IMG/VR virus record: IMGVR_UViG_3300044826_000112
Source: a virus
DNA: 64,000 nt
Reading direction: 5' to 3' (one strand)
Made by a program: the position numbers and the translations under genes. This document shows, piece after piece, positions 43,634 through 53,430 of the stretch; the stretch's first letter is position 1, and the number at the start of each line of letters is the position of its first letter. The notes beneath the pieces are model-generated. The model did not search any database, was not told the DNA's origin, and saw nothing but the letters and a program-made list of their open reading frames with translations.

Positions 43634-44149
43634 ATGTGGTGAGGTATCTTACTCTTAAGTAGAGAGGAGGTAACCTCCTCACTCCGTAGTACCCCTCCGG
43701 GGCGGATCCTGGCGGATCCAACTCGGCGTTATGCTCACCAAGCGACGTACAGTATGTTCGACAAGTGTTGAACTGCAAGAGGTAACCTCTTGACTCGTTC
43801 TTCCAGGCGCCGCTCCGGGCTTCGCCCTACGCTCTGCCTGGAGTATCTATAGATTGGATCTAGCATCCGCGAGTGTACGTTAGTACCAACCACCAGAGGT
43901 AACTTTGGGAATACCAAGCGAGGAGGCTACCTCCTCATTCTGTTAAACCCGCAGTCGGCGTACAGTCCCAATCACTGTACCGCCTTCGCATGCTCTGGTT
44001 GATGCTGTGGCATCACGAGTAGTCTGTAGTATATGGACTTAGTTCCGTGGGGAGGTAACCTCCCTACTCCATTACTTCGCGTATTTGCACAGAAGTGCAA
44101 AGTACGCATGTACAGACCATAACCAAAAGAGAGTCCAACTCTCTTTTTT
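43634..44149 (+). ncRNA. Ro60-adjacent ncRNA array of four homologous structured units
   Basis: Promoter GGTATAAAT at 43622, four units (43637..43740, 43744..43881, 43892..43999, 44022..44117), terminator 44125..44149. Confidence 0.8.
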
Positions 44150-44164
44150 ACTTGGAGATTAGCC

Positions 44165-44716
44165 ATGGACCTATTCCTCGGGGTTGACCCGGGTTGGAAG
44201 AACCTCGGATGGTGCGTCTCGACAATCGATGGGGAACCTCAATTGTTCGGGACAATGAACCCTTCCGAGTATGAGTTGGGCACGGTGCCTAAGCTCATCT
44301 TAGATAGTCTCGGCAGCAAGGCGAAAAACCTGAAAGGTATTGCCATGGAGCGGTACGTCTTTTATGATGGCCGCTACAACGCTGACAGTGAGCACATCCT
44401 CATGGTTACGGGACAGTTCCAGTACATGGCTGCCTCGTTGGGGATGGAGATCAAGATGTTCCGAGCTATTGACTGGAAGACTACGCTAGCCAAGGTCTTG
44501 TTCAAGTCCAATGGCTGGCAGAATCCTTCTGATTCGTTCGACAAAGTGTTCTCAATTGCAGCTGCTAAAGAGGCAACTGGAATGGAATTCAAAGTCGACC
44601 ACGTGGCGGACGCAGGGTGCCTCGCATACCTCGCAGGACGCTACCAGAAGGCGTTGACGGCTGCTGCCCTAGGCAGTGGTCTAGGTAAGACTAAATGCTC
44701 TCAGAAACGCTCCTAG
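44165..44716 (+). CDS. RuvC-like (RNase H fold) nuclease / Holliday junction resolvase
   Basis: FLGVDPG..NLGW; IAME; WK; DHVADA. Confidence 0.82.
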   Translation: MDLFLGVDPGWKNLGWCVSTIDGEPQLFGTMNPSEYELGTVPKLILDSLGSKAKNLKGIAMERYVFYDGRYNADSEHILMVTGQFQYMAASLGMEIKMFRAIDWKTTLAKVLFKSNGWQNPSDSFDKVFSIAAAKEATGMEFKVDHVADAGCLAYLAGRYQKALTAAALGSGLGKTKCSQKRS

Positions 44717-44745
44717 AGCGTTATACGACACACAAGGAGAATACC

Positions 44746-45171
44746 ATGCATCTTAACGAAGTTTTGAAAGAGTTCGCCCCGGCAATGGCAGCTATCGAGA
44801 AGACTACTGTAGTGGAGACCTTCTTCGCTCAGCTGGTATCTCTCGAGGGAGCCATCTCTGAAGTGTACAGTGTCCAAGGCCGCCTGGAAGAGTACTCCCG
44901 TGACCAAGTGGAGTTCTCCATCCGTTGTAGCTGTGGCTCCGATGAGCTGCTGGAAACTGAAGAGCTCAAGCAGTACTACCGCTTGAAGAAGGCCAGTTTC
45001 AGTGCCATGGGCTTCATGTACAACCAGCGTGTCAACGACGATCTGGTCGATCTGGCCTGGGAAGCATTCCAAATTGCTACCCCTCAGGCTGATCGTGCCA
45101 TGTTCGACCGTGTACGTGCAGGCGACGTCGAGGCCTTGAAGGCTCTGCAAGAGCTACATAAGGCCCAGTAA
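44746..45171 (+). CDS. hypothetical protein
   Basis: AAGGAG SD. Confidence 0.7.
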   Translation: MHLNEVLKEFAPAMAAIEKTTVVETFFAQLVSLEGAISEVYSVQGRLEEYSRDQVEFSIRCSCGSDELLETEELKQYYRLKKASFSAMGFMYNQRVNDDLVDLAWEAFQIATPQADRAMFDRVRAGDVEALKALQELHKAQ

Positions 45172-45525
45172 TCGACACATTTCGGCCCCATGTGTCTGGT
45201 CATTTTGAGTCCAATCGACACATAAAATGACGATTTCATGGGGTTTTTAGCGTGTATGTGTCGGTTGTGTCGCCTGTTCCACCCCAAAATACATACCTAC
45301 TTCTACGAAAAGGCACCAATGTGTCTTATCCTATATATCTCTCTATCTCTCGTAAGGAAAATATAAATAAATAAATAGAGAGGGGTGGTTGGGATATTTC
45401 AGATATGGGATGTTTTTAGAGGGTGGAACACCGACACATCGCACACATGAATCTGAAGACTGCTTTGCTTACGAGGATGTTCCAGGCACACCATGTGCAC
45501 ACAGACTCATACTTGACCGCCACAT
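45170..45525. repeat. palindromic origin-like element, copy B
   Basis: Colinear with 6931..7285 (offset ~38.24 kb), identical 47-bp core at 45331..45377. Confidence 0.9.
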
Positions 45526-45542
45526 GCCCAAGGAGGCATTCA

Positions 45543-46163
45543 ATGTCGTATATCGAAACCTACAGTGGAGACAAGTTCTTCGCCATCGCCGAAGACCTGG
45601 AAGGTATCAACATCGATGATATCGCCAAGGCCTTGTCTCACACTAACCGCTACAACGGTCATACTGAGCTGCCCTACTCGGTAGCTGAGCATAGCATCCA
45701 CGTAGCCAGTCTGCTGCCGCCAGAGCTGCAGATGATGGGTCTGCTGCATGACGCTTCTGAAGCGTACATTGCAGACATCCCGTCTCCGTTCAAGCCGCTT
45801 ATCCGTGGCTACGAGGAACTGGAAGATCACATCATGAAACGGGTATGGCGGAAGTTCGGCATTCCGCTTGAACTCGTAGAAGAGCGTTACGCGGAAGTGA
45901 AACATGCTGACCTACTGATGCTGTGTGCCGAGGCACGGAACATCAAGAAGTCGAAGGGTGAGCTGTTTAGCGACGTGTTCGAACCGTACTTCGAAAAGGC
46001 AGAACAGGATGAACGACTGAAGGATATGCCGTATCATATCTCTCCCGCAATAGCCTGTGGTCTGTTCAAGAAGATCTTCCGCATGATCAGCGAGGGGAAA
46101 TTCCTGGAAGGCCCGTTCCTCCGTCACGAGGACATGGTTAAATTTCTGATGGTAAGAGGATAA
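45543..46163 (+). CDS. HD-domain phosphohydrolase (YfdR/5'-deoxynucleotidase-like)
   Basis: I.DIA.ALS...RY.GH....YSVAEHS; LLHDASEAY..DI.SP.K; VK.AD. Confidence 0.88.
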   Translation: MSYIETYSGDKFFAIAEDLEGINIDDIAKALSHTNRYNGHTELPYSVAEHSIHVASLLPPELQMMGLLHDASEAYIADIPSPFKPLIRGYEELEDHIMKRVWRKFGIPLELVEERYAEVKHADLLMLCAEARNIKKSKGELFSDVFEPYFEKAEQDERLKDMPYHISPAIACGLFKKIFRMISEGKFLEGPFLRHEDMVKFLMVRG

Positions 46164-46165
46164 AG

Positions 46166-48454
46166 ATGACTCAACGTGTAACCAAACGTGATGGCTCTCT
46201 GGAGCCGGTTGATCTGGCAAAGATCAGCAAAGTACTGACCTGGGCTGCTGAAGGCCTGGACGATGTATCCGTATCCCAGGTAGAGATGTCCTCTCACCTG
46301 CAGCTGGTAGATGGCATGTCCACCAAGGATATCCATGCAGTGCTGGTTAAGTCAGCTGCCAACCTGATCTCCGTGGACACCCCGGACTATCAGTACATGG
46401 CTGCTCGTCTGAACCTGTACAGCCTCCGCAAGGAAGCCTACGGCGGCTACAAGCCTCCTCACCTGGCCGACCACATCCTCAAGATGGTAGAGGCTGGCAA
46501 GTATGACCGGACCATCCTGGTCGACTACAACCCGCAAGAGCTCGAAGAGCTGGCCCAGTACATCGATCATGATCGTGACTGGCTGTACGCCTACGCTGCT
46601 ACCAAGCAGCTGGAAGGCAAGTACCTCGTGAAGGATCGTCACACCGGTCAAATCCACGAGAGCCCGCAGATGATGAACATGCTGATCAGTATGTGCCTGT
46701 TCCAGCGTTACGTGTCTATCGACCGTGCTCGCCGAATGGACTACGTGAAGCGTTTCTATGATGCTCTGTCTACCTTCAAGATCTCTCTGCCGACCCCGAT
46801 CATGAGCGGCGTCCGTACTCCGACCCGTCAGTTCAGCTCCTGCGTAGTAATCACTACCGGTGACAGTCTGGATTCCATCAACGAGACCTCTGCTTCCATC
46901 GTGAAGTATGTATCTCAGCGTGCTGGTATCGGCCTGTCGGTTGCATCTATCCGTGCCCTCGGTAGCGCAATTCGTGGGGGTGAAGCCAAACACACCGGTC
47001 TGATTCCGTTCATCAAGAAGTTCCAGTCCGACGTCAAGTGCTGCTCCCAAGGCGGAGTACGTGGCGGTGCAGCTACTGTGTTCTTCCCCTGGTGGCACTA
47101 CGAGTCTCCGGAGCTGATGGTTCTGAAGAACAACCGTGGTACCGAAGATAACCGTGCTCGTCACCTCGACTACGGTATCGAAGTCAACGGCTTCATGTAT
47201 CGCCGCTTGCAGGCCCGTAAGGACATCTCCCTGTTCTCTCCGTCTGACGTACCGAACCTGCTGGAAGCGTTCTACGCTGACCAAGGTGAGTTCGAGCGTC
47301 TGTACGAGATCTACGAGTCTGACCTGAGCATCCCGCGTCGCACCATGTCTGCAGTCGACTTCTGTACCTCTATCGCCTCTGAGCGTGCGAGTACTGGCCG
47401 TCTGTATGTGGCACACATGGACCATATGAACACCAACAGCCCGTTCGATCCGAATGTGGCACCTGTTCGTCAATCCAACCTGTGCCTGGAAATCGCTCTG
47501 CCGACCAAGCCTGTCGGTATGGAAGAAGAGACTGGTGAGAAAGGTGAGATCGCCCTGTGTACTCTGGGTGCGTTCAACCTGGGTGCCATTACCGAGGAAG
47601 AACTGCCGGAGCTGTCTGACCTGCTGGTCCGCGGTCTGGATACCATCCTGGATTATCAGGATTATCCCCGCAAAGAAGCCAAGTACGCAACCATGCTGCG
47701 TCGCCCTCTGGGTATTGGCGTCATCAACTACGCCTATGACCTGGCCCGCCGCGGCCTGCGTTACACAGACCCCAAAGCTCTGGAGTACACGCACCGCCTG
47801 TTCGAAGCCATCCAGTACAACCTGCTGTCCGCATCGGTTGACCTGGCAGTGGAGTTCGGTGCATGCCCGGCGTTCCACGAGACCACCTATGCTCAAGGCG
47901 TCCTGCCGATCGACCGCTACAAGAAGTCTGTCGATAAGCTGACTGCTCCGGTCTACTACTACGACTGGGAGAGCCTGCGTGAGCGTATCGTGAAGCACGG
48001 TCTGCGTAACTCTACTCTGACCGCTCTGATGCCTTCCGAGACCTCCAGCCAGATCTCCAACGCCACCAACGGTATCGAGCCGCCACGTGGTCTGGTGTCT
48101 GTGAAGCAGTCCAAGGACGGCGTCATGCGTCAGGTGGTACCGGACATCAAGCGTCTGCGTCGTGCCTACGAGACTCTGTGGGAGCAGCCAAGCTGTGTGC
48201 CGTACCTGCAGCTGGTAGGTGTAATGCAGAAGTTCGTCGACCAGGCTATCTCTGCCAACACCAACTACGACCCGGTTCGTTTCCCGGAAGGTAAGGTGTC
48301 TGCAGCGACTGTTCTGCGTGACATGATGACTGCTTACAGCTATGGTGTGAAGACTCTGTACTATCACAACACTCGTGATGGTGCCGACGATAACATGGCT
48401 GAAGTTCTGCTGGCGGAGTCCGATGACTGTGCCGGTGGTGGTTGCAAGATCTAA
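46166..48454 (+). CDS. nrdA: ribonucleotide reductase class Ia alpha subunit
   Basis: ATP cone, TRQFSSC, QGGVRGG, QSNLCLEI, MPSETSSQISNATNGIEP, KTLYY, C-term CAGGGCKI. Confidence 0.98.
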   Translation: MTQRVTKRDGSLEPVDLAKISKVLTWAAEGLDDVSVSQVEMSSHLQLVDGMSTKDIHAVLVKSAANLISVDTPDYQYMAARLNLYSLRKEAYGGYKPPHLADHILKMVEAGKYDRTILVDYNPQELEELAQYIDHDRDWLYAYAATKQLEGKYLVKDRHTGQIHESPQMMNMLISMCLFQRYVSIDRARRMDYVKRFYDALSTFKISLPTPIMSGVRTPTRQFSSCVVITTGDSLDSINETSASIVKYVSQRAGIGLSVASIRALGSAIRGGEAKHTGLIPFIKKFQSDVKCCSQGGVRGGAATVFFPWWHYESPELMVLKNNRGTEDNRARHLDYGIEVNGFMYRRLQARKDISLFSPSDVPNLLEAFYADQGEFERLYEIYESDLSIPRRTMSAVDFCTSIASERASTGRLYVAHMDHMNTNSPFDPNVAPVRQSNLCLEIALPTKPVGMEEETGEKGEIALCTLGAFNLGAITEEELPELSDLLVRGLDTILDYQDYPRKEAKYATMLRRPLGIGVINYAYDLARRGLRYTDPKALEYTHRLFEAIQYNLLSASVDLAVEFGACPAFHETTYAQGVLPIDRYKKSVDKLTAPVYYYDWESLRERIVKHGLRNSTLTALMPSETSSQISNATNGIEPPRGLVSVKQSKDGVMRQVVPDIKRLRRAYETLWEQPSCVPYLQLVGVMQKFVDQAISANTNYDPVRFPEGKVSAATVLRDMMTAYSYGVKTLYYHNTRDGADDNMAEVLLAESDDCAGGGCKI

Positions 48455-48495
48455 CTAACAGGGCCCTACGGGGCCCTTTCATTTGGAGAAAGGAT

Positions 48496-49149
48496 ATGAA
48501 GAAGACTATTCTGGTTGCCATGATGGCTATCTCTCTGACCGGTTGCGTAGACTCTCTGCGTGATCTGGATAATAACACCCGTATGACCAACGCTGAGCAG
48601 GGCTATATCATTGCTACTGGTAAGGCCGCGGATGCCCGGGATGCCATCACTAACGGCTATGAGTCAGGTACTGGTGCTGGCGAAGACTTCCGCCGTATCT
48701 GGTGGGATCTGGCCTCCGCCGCTAACTCTAAGCGTAAGAACTTGCGGAACGAGGATGAGGTAAACATCAAGCCTTTCTGCGACATCCTAGAGGAAGTTCG
48801 CATGGCTGACTACCGTGTCACCACGCAGTTCCCTAAGGCTCGCACTCTGCAGAGTGTCTACCAGGAGATCACTGGTAAGACTCTGGATGAGTCATGCGGC
48901 GTAGTACCTGCGGCCATCCCTGTGGCACGTACTGTTCAGACTGACCGTACCGGCAACGGTGAACCTGAGTTGGCCCCTGAGACCTATGGTCTGATGATCG
49001 ACGCTGCTAAGTCCTGCGAGCGTGCACGTATCTCCCTGATGTCCTATCCGTCAGGCTACGTGTTCACCAAGAAGGACTACAACAAGATCATGAACCTGGT
49101 GAACGACTGCAAGCGATTCGAACTGGAGAGTTCAATCAACAGTAAGTGA
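48496..49149 (+). CDS. lipoprotein
   Basis: MKK..signal with LTGC lipobox. Confidence 0.75.
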   Translation: MKKTILVAMMAISLTGCVDSLRDLDNNTRMTNAEQGYIIATGKAADARDAITNGYESGTGAGEDFRRIWWDLASAANSKRKNLRNEDEVNIKPFCDILEEVRMADYRVTTQFPKARTLQSVYQEITGKTLDESCGVVPAAIPVARTVQTDRTGNGEPELAPETYGLMIDAAKSCERARISLMSYPSGYVFTKKDYNKIMNLVNDCKRFELESSINSK

Positions 49150-49214
49150 TCATGGTATAAGTACTGTGTAGGAGTCTGACCTACGAAATCAAATAACTAT
49201 ACAGGAATACTGTC

Positions 49215-49364
49215 ATGCAAACTCAAGTTGTACAAATCGCTGCTAGTAAGCTGGTCCACATGTCAATCGAAGAGATCGAAGAGATCAATGCCATGGAAGG
49301 TGTCGAAAGCATGAGCCAGCTGGTTCGCAAAGTAGAGGCTGAGCAGTATAAGCTCGATGCGTAA
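49215..49364 (+). CDS. small hypothetical protein (49 aa, not in ORF track)
   Basis: After GGTATAAG, AGGA SD. Confidence 0.55.
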   Translation: MQTQVVQIAASKLVHMSIEEIEEINAMEGVESMSQLVRKVEAEQYKLDA

Positions 49365-49452
49365 TCCAGTAGACCGGGGTCAACATTGATCCCGGTCAAA
49401 TCTTCCTTTTCTTTTTTCCCTATACTTACTCCCGATTTTCCGGAGAATCCAT

Positions 49453-51309
49453 ATGTCCATGATCAGACTAACCCCCGACCAACTCAAGCAGATGGTCCAG
49501 AACTCTATTGACTATCGTCAAGCCCAGAACGCCGCCACCGGCTCCAAACTGGATGCCAACGCCAACGTATCAGTCAAGAACGTAGCGACCGAAGAAGTGG
49601 AGCTCGTCAAAGACTTCCTCCTGCAGCTCAACCGTACTCGCGTAAGTGCTGCTATCCAGGAATTGTACGGCACTCGCGACGCCCAACAGTACCTGGAAGA
49701 CCTTGGTGATCACTTCATCTATACCCACGATGAAACCTCTATCAAACCCTACTGCACCTCGATCTCCATGTATCCGTTCGTACTGAATGGTCTCAAGGGT
49801 CTGGGTGGAGATACCACTGCTCCTAAGCATCTGCGTACCTTCGTAGGTGGCTTCATCAACCTCCTGCATGCCATTGCCAGCCAGTTCGCTGGTGCCGTGG
49901 CCACTGTAGAATTCCTTACCTACTTCGATCACTTTGCTCGTATGGAGTATGGCCAGGGCTACTCGAATGCCTTCGACCCCAAGAGCCTCAACTATGACTC
50001 TATTCAGGCTCAAGAGATCCGCAAGGACATCTACGAGCACTTTGCCCACGTGATCTACACCATCAACCAGCCGGCTGCGAACCGCGGCTATCAGGCCATC
50101 TTCTGGAACATCACAGTATTCGACCAAGGCTACTTCGAGAGCATGTTCGAAGGCTTTGTGTTCCCCGATCTGGACCGTCCGAACTGGGCATCTACCTCTG
50201 TGCTCCAGCGTGAATTCCTGCGTTGGTTCAACAAAGAGCGTGAGCGTGCAGTCCTGACCTTCCCGGTCGTAACTGCTGCCCTGTTGAATGATGGTACTGA
50301 CTTCCGTGATCTGGATACTGCAAAGTTCCTGGCCAAGGAGATGTCTGAAGGTAACTCCTTCTTCATCTACACCTCCAAGTCCGCGGATAGCTTGGCCTCT
50401 TGCTGCCGTCTGCGTAACGAGGTGACTGACAACGTGTTCTCCCATAGCCTGGGCGCTGGCGGTGTCATGACTGGTTCTCTGAACGTCATCACCATCAACA
50501 TGAACCGTTTGGCCCAAGCAGGTAGCCGTGAGCTCAACATTCAAGGGTTCCACGCCGCTCTGAAACGTCAGGTCCAGCAGGTACACAAGTACCAGCACGG
50601 CCACCTGAAGATCTACCAAGAATACTTGGCCCAAGGGATGCTGACCGCGTACGACGCAGGCTTCATCTCTATGGAGAAGCAGTTCCTGACCGTAGGCCTG
50701 AATGGTCTGGTAGAGGCTGCAGAGTTCTTCAACATCCGCCCTGACAACAACCCTCTGTATCGCAAGTTCGTACAAGACACTCTCAAGGTCATCTATGATG
50801 AAAACCGTGAGTTCTCCGCACGTACTGGCCTGAAGGTGAACACTGAATTCGTGCCGGCTGAGAGCCTGGGCGTCAAGAACGCCATGTGGGACCAGAAAGA
50901 CGGTTTGAAGGTCATGCGGGATTGCTACAACAGCTACTTCTATCGCGTGGAAGACGAGAACCTCTCTCCTCTGGATAAGCTGAATCTGTTCGATCAGGAT
51001 ATGACCAAGTACCTGGACGGCGGTTCTGCCCTCCACCTCAACCTGGAAGATCTCCTGGACGAGGAACGCTGGATGGGTATGATGCGTTGTGCCATCGTGG
51101 TCGGTGTGCAGTACTTCTGCTTTAACGTGAAGTCCACTATCTGTAACGACTGTGGCTTCATCGACAAGCGTACTCGCCAGTGCTGCGAGAAGTGCGGCTC
51201 CCATGACGTCGATGGTGCCACTCGAGTGATTGGCTACTTGAAACGGGTGAGCAACTTCTCGAAAGCTCGACAGGAAGAGCATTCCAGAAGAGTCTATTCC
51301 CGGGTATAA
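49453..51309 (+). CDS. nrdD: anaerobic (class III) ribonucleoside-triphosphate reductase
   Basis: IYTHD, PYC, SCCRL, VPAESL, GGS, CxxC..CxxC, TRVIGYL glycyl radical motif. Confidence 0.95.
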   Translation: MSMIRLTPDQLKQMVQNSIDYRQAQNAATGSKLDANANVSVKNVATEEVELVKDFLLQLNRTRVSAAIQELYGTRDAQQYLEDLGDHFIYTHDETSIKPYCTSISMYPFVLNGLKGLGGDTTAPKHLRTFVGGFINLLHAIASQFAGAVATVEFLTYFDHFARMEYGQGYSNAFDPKSLNYDSIQAQEIRKDIYEHFAHVIYTINQPAANRGYQAIFWNITVFDQGYFESMFEGFVFPDLDRPNWASTSVLQREFLRWFNKERERAVLTFPVVTAALLNDGTDFRDLDTAKFLAKEMSEGNSFFIYTSKSADSLASCCRLRNEVTDNVFSHSLGAGGVMTGSLNVITINMNRLAQAGSRELNIQGFHAALKRQVQQVHKYQHGHLKIYQEYLAQGMLTAYDAGFISMEKQFLTVGLNGLVEAAEFFNIRPDNNPLYRKFVQDTLKVIYDENREFSARTGLKVNTEFVPAESLGVKNAMWDQKDGLKVMRDCYNSYFYRVEDENLSPLDKLNLFDQDMTKYLDGGSALHLNLEDLLDEERWMGMMRCAIVVGVQYFCFNVKSTICNDCGFIDKRTRQCCEKCGSHDVDGATRVIGYLKRVSNFSKARQEEHSRRVYSRV

Positions 51310-51357
51310 GAAACCTAGAGGGGCCCATATCGGGCCCTTTCTTATTGGAGAAGAGTC

Positions 51358-51594
51358 ATGACTGACCTAGCGAGAATGATGAGCAACCTTAACGGGTTGA
51401 CCTCGGAGAGACGTCTGATTGAGAACCGGATCCTCACTGCTAACAGTGACATCCTTGCTGCTATCAAAGAGAGCGGCTTGACCAGGGTTCAATTAGAGAT
51501 GATGCCTGAGTTCCGGACGTACGCCGGCTGCGTACTCATCCAGACTGCCTTCCAACCTAAACCACCAAAGGATAACTATGAGCTCGGAGCTTAA
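51358..51594 (+). CDS. hypothetical protein
   Basis: GGAG SD. Confidence 0.65.
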   Translation: MTDLARMMSNLNGLTSERRLIENRILTANSDILAAIKESGLTRVQLEMMPEFRTYAGCVLIQTAFQPKPPKDNYELGA

Positions 51595-52078
51595 GAACTT
51601 GATATGCATTGGGGCTGCTAGTTACGAGGCTGCCCGCTCTGCTAACGTGGCCCTTGCCGGGGCCGAAGACGCTATCGAACGACTATTCCACCGAGAGGCT
51701 CTTAACGGCCAGATCTACACGCTGCTTGAATGCATGAAGGGTATGACCTACTCGTTCTGCTGCAAGCTGTTGGATAAGATGTTCTACGACTATGGTTCAA
51801 CGTGGCTGACGGAGGACATAGTAAAGGCTTTGCTGCCAGCATACACCTGGCTGGAACTGGAACCTTCGGCTACATGCCAAGATCCAAAGCCTATCCTGGA
51901 AATGCTCTACCGTATAGAGACTGGGTTTGCGGAGTATTTCGCAAGAGATGACCGTCCATATAATGAGAGATACTACCTGATTATTCATGAAGAGGAATTC
52001 CTCGGGATAATCAATAAGGCTCAGCGTATTCGCAAACGAGAAAAACGGAAGGTGAAACGTGGCAACAGTGATCTTTAA
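51578..52078 (+). CDS. hypothetical protein
   Basis: Overlapping gene chain. Confidence 0.65.
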   Translation: MSSELKNLICIGAASYEAARSANVALAGAEDAIERLFHREALNGQIYTLLECMKGMTYSFCCKLLDKMFYDYGSTWLTEDIVKALLPAYTWLELEPSATCQDPKPILEMLYRIETGFAEYFARDDRPYNERYYLIIHEEEFLGIINKAQRIRKREKRKVKRGNSDL

Positions 52079-52823
52079 GCAAGCTGGGGTAGGTGTAGAG
52101 ACCTACCTCAAAGATGGCATTCCGATGCTGTATGTGGACCAGATCTTCACGATGTGCAAGATGAGTCTGGACCACCTGGTGAAGTTCAATGAACGCTATG
52201 AGACTGATAACCTTTGTCCGGCCGAAGGTGACCCAGAAGATCGCGGCTACTATGTAGGGGCCCAGCTGTACGATGTACACGAGTATCTCGTCAGCCTCCG
52301 TACCAATCCCTTCCAGAGCCTGCTGCGTACCTTCCAGGCAAGCCTGTTGAAGGTGATTACGGGCTATTGGGCGAACATCGTGTATGACTCAGACTTCGCT
52401 CCAGTTCTCACCATACGTGAGCATCGGGAGATCACTCTTGATGATGAAGCTTTCGTGGTCAACGCGGCGTTCAAGATGATTGCACTCCTGCAGGCTCATG
52501 CCGAGGAGTTCAACTACATCGATCTCGCCCGCAAGAGCATCTACAAGGCCCGCACTAAGACTGTAGGCCCAAATTTGCTCGTCAACACACTCATGTGGTA
52601 TATTCCCCGAACGTCTGGGGGTGCTGCCGTGTTGTCTCGCGTGCGGGAAATCATCTGGGCCATACAGAAAACCAATCAAACCGAAGGTTCGCTATTCGCT
52701 CTCCAATGGGCAATAGCGGACCTGATGAGCCTCGAGCCAGAGGCATACGAGGATCTGGACCTGCTCGAAGTTGAGCTGTTCACAGGAATCCTCCTAGTAC
52801 TAAGGGAGTTCACTAATGGCTAA
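52059..52823 (+). CDS. hypothetical protein
   Basis: Overlapping gene chain. Confidence 0.65.
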   Translation: MATVIFKQAGVGVETYLKDGIPMLYVDQIFTMCKMSLDHLVKFNERYETDNLCPAEGDPEDRGYYVGAQLYDVHEYLVSLRTNPFQSLLRTFQASLLKVITGYWANIVYDSDFAPVLTIREHREITLDDEAFVVNAAFKMIALLQAHAEEFNYIDLARKSIYKARTKTVGPNLLVNTLMWYIPRTSGGAAVLSRVREIIWAIQKTNQTEGSLFALQWAIADLMSLEPEAYEDLDLLEVELFTGILLVLREFTNG

Positions 52824-53430
52824 CAACAAGATCCACGAGATCCACGCAAGTGCCGATAGCGTTCCGTATTGGAACGAGCGTCACGTTACCCGTAACGCAT
52901 TGGCCTTGCGGTCTCTGGAGATCGCCGATGCAGTAGTCCTGAACGAGGCGGATTTGACCAAATTGCGTGACGTCGACATGCTTCAAGAGCGTGACCTCAG
53001 CGGTATCACCAAGCCTATCTATCTGCAGTTTGACGGTAAGAAGTCCGAAGGTCGCTTCATCATCGGCCTGCTGATGTCCCTGTCGGAAACGGACGAGCGG
53101 GTAACTGTAGTTCCCTACTCGAACAACAACGATGAAGGCAAGATGTGGCCGTATGACGTGTACTTTGAGATCACCAAGGTCTGCGAGAAAGAGGCTACGG
53201 TGACTACTCACCCGTTCCACCCGGCTGCTCTGCAGGACAAGATGGATGAAGAGGCTAAGGCACACTTCACAGCACTGAGCGGGATCGCCTTAAGCTTCCT
53301 GACTTTGCTGGGTACTGGCGCCCTGACTATCGGTCCTGAGAAGGAAGACATGTCCAAACTCAACAAAAGGAGAGGAAAGGATGGTAAACCGCCTGTTAAA
53401 GCGGACTGCCAGATCGTATGGAATAACTAA
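52816..53430 (+). CDS. hypothetical protein
   Basis: GGAG SD; LNKRR.K.GKPP tail. Confidence 0.7.
   Translation: MANNKIHEIHASADSVPYWNERHVTRNALALRSLEIADAVVLNEADLTKLRDVDMLQERDLSGITKPIYLQFDGKKSEGRFIIGLLMSLSETDERVTVVPYSNNNDEGKMWPYDVYFEITKVCEKEATVTTHPFHPAALQDKMDEEAKAHFTALSGIALSFLTLLGTGALTIGPEKEDMSKLNKRRGKDGKPPVKADCQIVWNN

Noticed and set aside
43634-44149. CRISPR or TIGR-type array interpretation
   Set aside because: Repeat is only ~11 nt, spacing is irregular (112, 144, 129 nt between conserved hairpins), intervening parts are self-structured, and no Cas or Nop-domain gene is visible
45423-45542. 5' extension of the HD phosphohydrolase ORF
   Set aside because: Lies in repeat copy B; AAGGAGG SD supports ATG 45543
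46352-48367. Long antisense ORFs opposite nrdA (also 7685..9076, 38742..40262, 49570..51282, 54334..55224)
   Set aside because: Shadow frames produced by strong codon bias of the real + strand genes; no SD or recognisable motifs
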